DNA from: an uncultured Rikenellaceae bacterium
GTDB lineage: Bacteria; Bacteroidota; Bacteroidia; Bacteroidales; Rikenellaceae
Length of the DNA stretch: 24,000 nt
Assembly (NCBI GenBank): GCA_910577285.1
Contig: CAJTLO010000001.1
Span: 193,424 to 217,423, forward strand
Direction of reading: 5' to 3'
A program made the translations under genes and the position numbers. Of the stretch, positions 1 to 7,091 are shown one piece after another. The first letter of the stretch is position 1. The number at the start of each line of letters is the position of its first letter. Below the pieces are notes generated by a model that saw only the letters and a list, made by a program, of their open reading frames with translations, searched no databases and was not told where the DNA came from.

Positions 1-1
1 G

Positions 2-478
2 AACAAGAAGTTCAAGACCACGTTCCTGTTCGCTTTCCAGCGGATGATGGGCGAGGAGCGGACGACGGTGCCCATCAACAGGTACGTGTTCGCGCTGGAT
101 GGCCTCTACAAGTTCAATACCCGGCATTCGCTTCGTCTGGAGTTGCAGTACCTTCTCTCGCCGTTCGTGAAGGACCAGACCAGTGACGGAATCACGGTTC
201 AGGAGCGGCTCGACGACAAGAGGAACAACGGCGACTGGTGGGCGGCTCAGCTGGAGTACAGCTTCGCACCCGTCTTCAGCGTCTTCGTGAGCGACATGTA
301 CAACTTCCAGTACGAGAAGGTGCATTACTACAACGTGGGTGTAAGCTACACCAAATCGCGCACGCGGATCGCGCTCTCCTACGGCCGCAACCGTGCAGGG
401 TTCGTATGCTCGGGTGGCGTGTGCCGCCAGATGCCCGGCTACACCGGTTTCAACCTGTCGTTGACCACTTCGTTCTAA
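2..478 (+). CDS. Outer-membrane beta-barrel protein, C-terminal part (5' end lies outside the window); DUF6029-like
   Basis: The frame is open from nt 2, although the track starts at the internal ATG at 44. Shows an alternating aromatic/hydrophobic beta-strand pattern and a GGVCRQMPG motif. Ends ...LSLTTSF with the C-terminal Phe typical of OMPs. The family name is from memory and was not searched. Confidence 0.75.
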   Translation, partial: NKKFKTTFLFAFQRMMGEERTTVPINRYVFALDGLYKFNTRHSLRLELQYLLSPFVKDQTSDGITVQERLDDKRNNGDWWAAQLEYSFAPVFSVFVSDMYNFQYEKVHYYNVGVSYTKSRTRIALSYGRNRAGFVCSGGVCRQMPGYTGFNLSLTTSF

Positions 479-524
479 ACCGAAACAGATCGACTTTAAA
501 CACATAAAAATTATCTCTAAAACT

Positions 525-2066
525 ATGAAAGCATTCAAATGTCTGAGTCATGTGCTGATGGCAGCCTCGCTGTTGCTTACGGCATGCGGCGGACCTGGTA
601 ACGGACCCGCTCCGGCTCCGGAAAAGAAACTCATGTTGTCGGTGGACAAGAGTTCCATCATGTCCGACGGGCGCGATAAGGCTACCTTTAACGTAAAATA
701 CGGTACGGAAGAGAAGAGCATCGACGTCACTTCCGATGCGGTAATCAAGAGCGGTGCTGCAGAACTCAAGGGCTTCACCTTCACGAGCACGACCCCCGAT
801 ACCTATACTTTCACCGCGACCTACGTGATTCCGGATACGAAGGAGACCGTAACGTCGAACGAGGTGACCGTAACGGTATCCTCCCTCACGCTGGAGGTGG
901 ATGCCGAGACGATCCTCAGCAACGGCCTCGGTAAGGCTATCTTCAAAGTCTCCTACGAAGGGGAGGAGGTGACGGCAACCTCCGTGATCACGAACCTGAC
1001 CCTCGATCAGGCCTACGAGCAGGGCGTAAACGAATTCGTGTCGCCGAACTATGTGGGCGAATTCGAATTCAGCGCGAAATACCGCAACCTGACCTCGAAC
1101 ACGGTGAAGGTAACGGTAGAGGCTGCGCCGACTCCGGAACTTCGTCTGGTGGTGGACAAGGCTCGCCTGAAATCGGGCGAAACCGCTACGTTCACCGTAT
1201 TGGACAAGGGGAACGATGTGACCTCTTCGGCGACGATCAAGAACGTGACCGCCGGCAGCGATCTCAGCGGTAACTCGTTCACCATGGGTTCGGAGAAGAA
1301 GGTGGAGTTCGTAGCCGAATACGACGGCAGGAACTCGCAGACGCTCAGCGTCGGTTCGGGCAACTTCCATAAGAATGTGATGGCCCTCAAGTTTACGAGC
1401 ATCAAGTGCTCTTACTGCGCATCGATGGCCACTGCTCTGGAAAAGGCCGGCGAGTCGTTCCCCGACAGGATCGTCGAGGTGGCCGTACACCATCCCAAGA
1501 TGGGTAGCGACCCCATGATTCCCGCCAACATCAGTGAGTTCGATGCCTATTTCCCGCATCCCCAGGCCAACGGTATTCCGATGACCTACTACGATATGAC
1601 CGAACTGTCGGCAGGTGCCGAATCGGCTTCGGCAATTCTCGGAAAGGTGAAACCCCTTGCCCGGAGTGTGGCCGGCGTTGGTATCGCAGCCGATGCGAAG
1701 GCGACCGGCTCGGAGGTCGAGATCAACGTGGATGTGACGGCAGCCCTTTCCAACGACTACTACCTGGCGGTCATGCTGCTCGAGAACGGTATCATCCACG
1801 AACAGGCCGGCTCCAGCAACAAGAACTATGTGCATAACCACACGCTGCGCGAAACCCTCAGCGAAACCATCTTCGGCGATTCGCTCGGTACCCTGACCGA
1901 AGGTCAGACGGTGAACAAGACCTATTCGTTCACGGCCGATTCCGCATACAAACTGGATAACTGCTCCGTCGTATGCTATGTTTGCACCAAGTCCGGTGAG
2001 GTGTGGAGCGTATCCAACATCGTATCCTTCCCGCTGGGAGGTTGGGCAGACTACTCCTTTGAATAA
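525..2066 (+). CDS. Lipoprotein with three Ig-like (Big_1-like) repeats and a C-terminal thioredoxin-fold / Omp28-related domain (CSYC motif)
   Basis: Signal peptide with lipobox LLTAC (Cys21). Three ~85-aa repeats, each starting L.L.VD...I..(D/N)G....F.V. C-terminal domain carries FTSIKCSYC (nt 1407-1418) and a candidate cis-Pro loop GIPM. Paralog of the next gene. Confidence 0.85.
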   Translation: MKAFKCLSHVLMAASLLLTACGGPGNGPAPAPEKKLMLSVDKSSIMSDGRDKATFNVKYGTEEKSIDVTSDAVIKSGAAELKGFTFTSTTPDTYTFTATYVIPDTKETVTSNEVTVTVSSLTLEVDAETILSNGLGKAIFKVSYEGEEVTATSVITNLTLDQAYEQGVNEFVSPNYVGEFEFSAKYRNLTSNTVKVTVEAAPTPELRLVVDKARLKSGETATFTVLDKGNDVTSSATIKNVTAGSDLSGNSFTMGSEKKVEFVAEYDGRNSQTLSVGSGNFHKNVMALKFTSIKCSYCASMATALEKAGESFPDRIVEVAVHHPKMGSDPMIPANISEFDAYFPHPQANGIPMTYYDMTELSAGAESASAILGKVKPLARSVAGVGIAADAKATGSEVEINVDVTAALSNDYYLAVMLLENGIIHEQAGSSNKNYVHNHTLRETLSETIFGDSLGTLTEGQTVNKTYSFTADSAYKLDNCSVVCYVCTKSGEVWSVSNIVSFPLGGWADYSFE

Positions 2067-2090
2067 CCCGTAGCGGTTGTTTTTCCCCAT

Positions 2091-2119
2091 GAAACTGCAC
2101 CATCGAATGGTGCAGTTTC
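2091..2119 (+). terminator. Hairpin terminator after the first Omp28-like gene
   Basis: 13-bp perfect stem gaaactgcaccat / atggtgcagtttc with a 3-nt loop, 25 nt after the stop. There is no clear T-tract. Confidence 0.5.
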
Positions 2120-2203
2120 TATGAAGGGAAGAGGGGTGTGTTGGTAACACCAAGATTCGTTAAATGTCTATTTTCTTACAGGTTTAAATAAAACAAATTC
2201 GTT

Positions 2204-3712
2204 ATGAAGAGCATGAAATATTTCGGTTATGCGCTTTGTGCGGCAGCGGTGGCGTTCGCTTCCTGTACACCCAATCCGGTGGAGGAAGAGAAAAAGCTGC
2301 AACTGGCGGCAGACCGCACGGAGATTACCGCCGACGGTACCGAGAAGGTAACGTTTACGGTGAAATTCGGTAATGAGGATGTGACTGCTTCGGCAGAGAT
2401 CCGCAATGCAGCTACGGAACAGGCGATCGAAGGAAACGTTTTCTCGACCGATACCCCCGGCGATTATGAATTCGTGGCATCCTACGACGGCAAAGAGTCC
2501 GACAAAGTGACCGTGAAGGCGGTGCCCGTTTCCGGACTCCTCCTTTCGGTAGACAAGGAATCCATTGTCAACAACGGGGAGGATGCGGCAACGTTCACCG
2601 TCTCTTTCGAAGGCAAGGATGTAACGGCTTCGTCCGTTATCGTCGATCTGACCAACGGCCAGCGCTGGAACCAGGGAGAGCGCGTATTCGTGTCGAGGAC
2701 ATCGGGCGAGTATGAGTTCAAGGCTTCCTACGACGGCATGAGCTCCAATACGGTCGGCGTAGCTGTGGGGGCCGAGGCCCTCAATCCGCTCGTGCTTACG
2801 GCTACCAAACCGCGTATCGCGGCCGACGGTACCGATGCCACCTCGTTTGTGGTGAACTACGAAGGTGCGGACGTTACCGCTCAGGCAAAGATCAAGAATC
2901 TCTCCACGGGCGAATATCTCGAGGCAGACACTTTCTCTTACAGCGGCGACCTGGAGGTCGTAGAGTTTCAGGCGGAGTACGAGGGGGCTGTTTCCAACCC
3001 CATCAACATCGGTTTCGGTGCTTTCTATAAGAACGTACTGCTGTTCCGTTTCACGGGAACCTGGTGCGGGCCCTGCACGGCTTTCTCTTCCGTGTTGAGC
3101 GCGGCTCTGGAGAGCTACCCCGACCGTACGGTGCAGGTGGCCATCCATAAGAACGATGCGTATACTCCGAACAGCTACGGGCAGTTCGCTTCCTATTTCG
3201 CAGAGGCGGCCGTGCCGGCCATCTATCTGGACTTCGATGCGAACGGTCCCGGTGCGGCTACCGCGGGTATGACCGCAGCCAATGTGGTGGAGACCATCAA
3301 GAACTACGAGACTCTGGGAGCCAAGGCGGGTATCGCGATGGCTGCGACTGTCGATGCCGAGCGTCAGGTGACCGTGCAGGTGCGCGTAACGCCGAGTGCT
3401 ACGGATTCCTATCTGTTGGGCGTCATGCTGCTCGAAGACGGCATCGAAGGTCCTCAGAATGGTACCAGCAAATACATTCACGACAATACGCTGCGTGTAC
3501 TGGCTACCCCGATGGGAGGCGTCGAGCTGGGCGAGGTGGCCGAGAATACCGAGGTCGTGCAGGAGTTTACTTTCAGCCTGCAGGGATACACGGATAATTG
3601 CCGGATCGTGGCTTATGTGAATACGGTCGACGGCGATGCGTATTCGACTACCAACGCGGCTTCCTGTCCGGTGAACGGCCGTACGGACTACCGTTTTGCT
3701 CGGACCAGGTAA
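2204..3712 (+). CDS. Lipoprotein with three Ig-like (Big_1-like) repeats and a C-terminal thioredoxin-fold / Omp28-related domain (canonical WCGPC)
   Basis: Lipobox AFASC (Cys21). Three repeats with I.ADGT(D/E)..(T/S)F.V. FTGTWCGPC at nt 3062-3076 and a candidate cis-Pro AVPA. Same architecture as 525..2066. Confidence 0.88.
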   Translation: MKSMKYFGYALCAAAVAFASCTPNPVEEEKKLQLAADRTEITADGTEKVTFTVKFGNEDVTASAEIRNAATEQAIEGNVFSTDTPGDYEFVASYDGKESDKVTVKAVPVSGLLLSVDKESIVNNGEDAATFTVSFEGKDVTASSVIVDLTNGQRWNQGERVFVSRTSGEYEFKASYDGMSSNTVGVAVGAEALNPLVLTATKPRIAADGTDATSFVVNYEGADVTAQAKIKNLSTGEYLEADTFSYSGDLEVVEFQAEYEGAVSNPINIGFGAFYKNVLLFRFTGTWCGPCTAFSSVLSAALESYPDRTVQVAIHKNDAYTPNSYGQFASYFAEAAVPAIYLDFDANGPGAATAGMTAANVVETIKNYETLGAKAGIAMAATVDAERQVTVQVRVTPSATDSYLLGVMLLEDGIEGPQNGTSKYIHDNTLRVLATPMGGVELGEVAENTEVVQEFTFSLQGYTDNCRIVAYVNTVDGDAYSTTNAASCPVNGRTDYRFARTR

Positions 3713-3747
3713 CCGTTTCGGACGGTCGGAAAGACTGCCGGTTTAAC

Positions 3748-3790
3748 AAAGAGGGAGAGCGCTCGCAAAGCGCTCTCCCTCTTGTTTCGT
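3748..3790 (+). terminator. Rho-independent terminator of the Omp28-like gene pair
   Basis: 13-bp perfect stem gagggagagcgct / agcgctctccctc (3751-3763 / 3769-3781), loop cgcaa, followed by ttgtttcg. Confidence 0.7.
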
Positions 3791-3872
3791 ATCGTAGGGA
3801 AGCTGTTCCGGCAGCTCCGATGGGCGTGTATCAGTAACGGGTTTTTCGAGCCTTCGTTGTCCGTGCCGGCTT

Positions 3873-4028
3873 GCGGGGCATCTGCTCTTTTTCGGGCGGA
3901 GCCGGGGCCTGCGGTGCGGGGGCTGTAGCCGGTCTTTTCGCAGTCCGGGCCGGCTGGGCGGGGCATCTACTCTTTTGCGGGCGGAGTCGGGGCCTGCGGT
4001 GCGGGGGCTGCGGCCGGTCTTTTCGCGG
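3873..4028. repeat. 85-bp-period tandem duplication: two ~71-bp copies (3873-3943 and 3958-4028, about 90% identical)
   Basis: Hand alignment shows 7 mismatches in 71 nt. Copy B contains the last ~20 codons and the TAG stop of the MscS gene. Copy A lies downstream of the gene, and the stop position there reads CAG. Confidence 0.85.
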
Positions 4029-5361
4029 CCAGCAGGGAGTGCCACGGGATGCCGTCGATGGAATCGATGTCGACCTTGCCCGACTCGACGAATCCGCTGA
4101 TGAGCGTGTCGCGTGCGTCGGAGTTCTGGAACGGATAGAGTTCGAAGGCCGGCAGTACGGCGACGAAGTGTTCCATGATTTCGGATTGGATCGATTCGTA
4201 GCTCGTCCAGTTTTTGTTGGCCGAGAAACAGTAAATCTGTACGGGGAGCCCGTTGCCTGTCGGGGCGAGTGTGCGTACCATCAGCAGCAGTTCCTTGTTG
4301 ATGGCAGGGTGGCGGCTCAGGTAGATCGCCATGTAGGCACGCAGCAGGCCGAGGTTCGTGTCGATGGTACCGTTGACCAGTCCTGCCGGGTTGTCGGTGT
4401 TGACCGTCTTGCCTGCTGCGGCCTGTTGTTGTTTCTCGGTAATGAACTTTCCCAGATCGGCATCGAATGCCTTCATCCGTTCCAGAAAGTCGGACGTGCA
4501 GGGTTTGATATAGTCGAGCTTGAGGACATATTCGCGCATGATGCGCCGTCCGCCCGAGTCGCTCATGCCGCGCCAGTTGATGAAGGAGTCCGACACCAGC
4601 GAGTAGGGCGGGACGGTGACGATCGTATTGTCGAAGTTCTGTACTTTGACGGTGGTCAGCGTAATGTCGGTCACGATGCCGTTGACGTTGTTGCCCGGCA
4701 TCTCGATCCAGTCGTCCAGTCGTACCATGTCGTTTTCCGATATGAGGACGCCTGCCACGAATCCCAGAATGGTGTCCTTGAATATCAGCATCAGCACCGC
4801 CGTGAAGGCTCCCAGTCCCGTGATGAGGTTGAGCGGGGATTTGTTGATGAGGATGGATATGACGGCGATGGCACCGATGCAGAAGACGATCACCTGCAAC
4901 AGTTGGATGAAGCCCTTCATCGGGCGGTTCTGGAGCTCTTTTTTGCTCCGCAGCGCATCGCCCGCCGTGTTCAGGGCGGCGTTTACGGAGAGGATCACAG
5001 CGATGCAGAAGTATATCCAGGTGATCTTGTCGCTGAGGATGAACCAGTGGGACTGTTTGTCGAACGCGACGGGCAGGAGCGCCGAGATGATGAGCGGGGG
5101 GATGATGGCGGTAAGTTTGCGCAGTACGCCGTAGCGGGCGATGGAGCTGAGGAAATCTACGTGCCTGCGTTTGAGTATCCGTCGGGTGATGCGTACGATG
5201 ATCGCGTGCACGATGGCTGCGACCAGTACTGCAATGACGAGGATGATGATCAGAAAGAGAATCTCGTCCAGCGTATCGAGCATCCGGGTCGGAATCCCGA
5301 TCCAGGAGAGAAAATCCTTGATGGTATTCAGGAGGGTTTGGGCGATTTTGTTCGTATTCAT
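3967..5361 (-). CDS. Mechanosensitive ion channel family protein (MscS-type), 464 aa
   Basis: N-terminal TM helices followed by the MscS beta-domain pattern (ISENDMVRLDDWIEM...GIVTDITLTTVKVQNFDNTIVTVPPYSL...INW). Start is set at MNTNK (cat at 5359-5361), because the 55-aa upstream extension in the track is Arg/Pro-rich junk. The C-terminal tail is low-complexity and Ala/Pro-rich. Confidence 0.88.
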   Translation of the reverse strand: MNTNKIAQTLLNTIKDFLSWIGIPTRMLDTLDEILFLIIILVIAVLVAAIVHAIIVRITRRILKRRHVDFLSSIARYGVLRKLTAIIPPLIISALLPVAFDKQSHWFILSDKITWIYFCIAVILSVNAALNTAGDALRSKKELQNRPMKGFIQLLQVIVFCIGAIAVISILINKSPLNLITGLGAFTAVLMLIFKDTILGFVAGVLISENDMVRLDDWIEMPGNNVNGIVTDITLTTVKVQNFDNTIVTVPPYSLVSDSFINWRGMSDSGGRRIMREYVLKLDYIKPCTSDFLERMKAFDADLGKFITEKQQQAAAGKTVNTDNPAGLVNGTIDTNLGLLRAYMAIYLSRHPAINKELLLMVRTLAPTGNGLPVQIYCFSANKNWTSYESIQSEIMEHFVAVLPAFELYPFQNSDARDTLISGFVESGKVDIDSIDGIPWHSLLAAKRPAAAPAPQAPTPPAKE

Positions 5362-5726
5362 GGCGACACAGTTAGGGCGATGGCCGGAGGAGGCGGTGCA
5401 CGATCGGTGTTTTGCCGGTGGCCCGGTGGCCGTGTCTCGCAAATTTCCGCTCCGGAAACGATAAGTCGTTGTCGTTCTTCGGGGTTGAAAACAAAAAACA
5501 TGCCTGAAGGGCGGTGGCGTGCGCAACCTGGGGAATCCGCCCGCCGGTGCGGCCGGCGGATGGAATCAGAGAGGAGGCATTGCGGGGGCCGGGCGTGCGG
5601 GTTTCCGCGACACAGGGGAGGCCCGGCAGAGAGCGGGGGCTCGGAGAGGGAAGGAGTTGCGGGCGGCTTCTTGTTCTTCGCAGCAGACAGGAGGCCGGGG
5701 CGGGGAAGACGGCGGGGCGTGTCGAT

Positions 5727-5773
5727 GAAAAAAAGGAACCCTCCTCGGGAAAAGTTCTTCCTGAGGAGGGTTC
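5727..5773 (-). terminator. Rho-independent terminator directly after tRNA-Pro
   Basis: 11-bp stem gaaccctcctc / gaggagggttc (5736-5746 / 5763-5773), extendable by 5 more pairs, followed on the minus strand by a 7-T run (complement of a5728-a5734). It begins 4 nt after the tRNA 3' end. Confidence 0.75.
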
Positions 5774-5777
5774 GGTG

Positions 5778-5852
5778 TCGGGGTAGCGGGATTCGAACCC
5801 ACGACCCCCTGCTCCCAAAGCAGGTGCGCTAACCGGACTGCGCTACACCCCG
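5778..5852 (-). tRNA. tRNA-Pro, anticodon UGG, 75 nt, CCA not encoded
   Basis: Folded by hand: acceptor CGGGGTG/TACCCCG, D-arm GCGC-AGTCCGGTTA-GCGC, anticodon arm CCTGC-TTTGGGA-GCAGG, variable loop GGGTC, T-arm GTGGG-TTCGAAT-CCCGC, discriminator A. Confidence 0.95.
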
Positions 5853-5893
5853 TTGCTTCGGCCGATCCGTCGTACGGACCCGCAAAGACGGTG

Positions 5894-5923
5894 CAAATAT
5901 AGGGGATTTTTCGTGAACTTCAA
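5894..5923 (-). promoter_or_regulatory. Candidate Bacteroidota sigma-A promoter for tRNA-Pro
   Basis: The minus strand reads TTG (5923-5921), a 19-nt spacer, then TATATTTG (5901-5894). This matches the TAnnTTTG -7 consensus and lies 42 nt upstream of the mature tRNA 5' end. Confidence 0.45.
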
Positions 5924-5937
5924 ATTACGGGTTGTTC

Positions 5938-6624
5938 TTAGCGTTTGTGGGCGGCCACCGCCAGCAGGATACCGAGAATCACGCCCAGCAGGGCGGCGAA
6001 GAGTACCCGGACGTCGCCGGGCAACAGGAAGGTGATGGTGTGGGCGGGGTACCAGAAGAGCGGAATTGTCTTTTTGAACACGAAGTTCCATTGGCGGTGC
6101 CAGTCCAGGCCTGCGAGGATGTCGCCCATACGAAGCGGGGTGAAGAAACCCCGAAGCGTTCCCCCTGTGGCGAGGATGTGGGTGTCGGTCACTTTGTGGA
6201 GCGTCATGAACACGGGGGCGAAGATGCTGTTCATGGCAACCGAGATGCAGCATGCGACGAAGACCTTCCGCCACGACAGCGGAAGAGCCATGGCGGCCGG
6301 AGCGTCGTTCATGCCGAGCGAGGCGAGAAAGGCCGGAACTCCGGTGGCGAAGATCGTCATGGCCATGCTGATGCCCATGCCGAGCAGGCCCCATACCAGC
6401 GCCCGCGGAACGATGCCGAATCCCGGACGGTTGTATACCCCGTGGGTGATCCGCAGACCGATGCACTCACCGAAGGTGGAGAGAATGGCGAACTTGATGA
6501 AACTCATCACCATGCCGTGTTCGGCATTGAAGGTTTCGTAGCGGTCGTAAACCGAGGGAAAGATGAAAAAGGGAGCCAGTAGGGCCAGGGCGCAGAGGAT
6601 GACGAGCAGGTCTTTTTTCTTCAT
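5938..6624 (-). CDS. Integral membrane protein of unknown function, 228 aa
   Basis: Start at MKKKDLLVILCALALL (cat at 6622-6624). At least five or six hydrophobic segments. I do not recognise the family. Confidence 0.7.
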   Translation of the reverse strand: MKKKDLLVILCALALLAPFFIFPSVYDRYETFNAEHGMVMSFIKFAILSTFGECIGLRITHGVYNRPGFGIVPRALVWGLLGMGISMAMTIFATGVPAFLASLGMNDAPAAMALPLSWRKVFVACCISVAMNSIFAPVFMTLHKVTDTHILATGGTLRGFFTPLRMGDILAGLDWHRQWNFVFKKTIPLFWYPAHTITFLLPGDVRVLFAALLGVILGILLAVAAHKR

Positions 6625-6674
6625 GTGATCGGGTTCGATGAAGGCGTGCATCCCCGAAGGGGGATTTGCCTGCA

Positions 6675-6682
6675 CAAATTTA
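6675..6682 (-). promoter_or_regulatory. Candidate -7 box (TAAATTTG) for the 5938..6624 gene
   Basis: Exact TAnnTTTG match on the minus strand, 51 nt upstream of the ATG. Confidence 0.35.
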
Positions 6683-7032
6683 GCAAAATAATTCGGGTCG
6701 TCCGTTTTTGCCGGAGAGTTGGGCCGGGAGGCATCTCAATGTTTCGTCGTGCGGTACTGACGGCAATCCGTCGAAGCGGTGGAGAGGCGGGCCGTGCCGG
6801 TGTTCCAACCGTCCGACAACCACTGCCGTTGCGATGCAGCAGAGGAGAGGGAAGGGAAGGAGGAGAGCGCCCCGGCTGCGTATGGGGTTTCGTCCCGCAG
6901 TCCGGTTCCGCAGGGCGGGCGGCGGATTTTCATGCCTCGAATCGAATGGGAAAGGCTGCCGCGGCCGGCATGCCGGCAGGGAGAACCGTTCGTCTTTGTC
7001 GGCCGGAGTAGGGCGGCCGGGCCGGGTAAAAG

Positions 7033-7074
7033 TTGCTCAGGGTACGGGACGCATGCGTCCCGTACCCTGAGCAA
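7033..7074 (-). terminator. Perfect 42-bp palindrome; terminator of the antiporter gene
   Basis: ttgctcagggtacgggacgc|atgc...gcaa is perfectly self-complementary around 7053/7054. It lies 18 nt downstream of the TAG stop (7092-7094). On the minus strand it is followed by cttttac. Confidence 0.65.
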
Positions 7075-7091
7075 TGGTTGGTCGAAGGGGG

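Noticed and set aside
5362-5526. N-terminal extensions given by the track: 5526 for MscS, 6675 for the membrane protein, 15370 for the lipocalin-like gene, 18029 for LysR, and 12684 for the first LVIVD gene.
   Set aside because: In each case an internal ATG begins a canonical N-terminus (signal peptide, lipobox or LysR HTH). The upstream extension is Arg-rich and overlaps the probable promoter or leader. For 12684 versus 12771 the choice remains uncertain.
5778-5852. tRNA-Pro as an integration site of a genomic island.
   Set aside because: There is no integrase, excisionase or other mobile gene on either side. By eye I saw no direct repeat of the tRNA 3' end elsewhere in the window, and the flanking genes are ordinary housekeeping or membrane genes.
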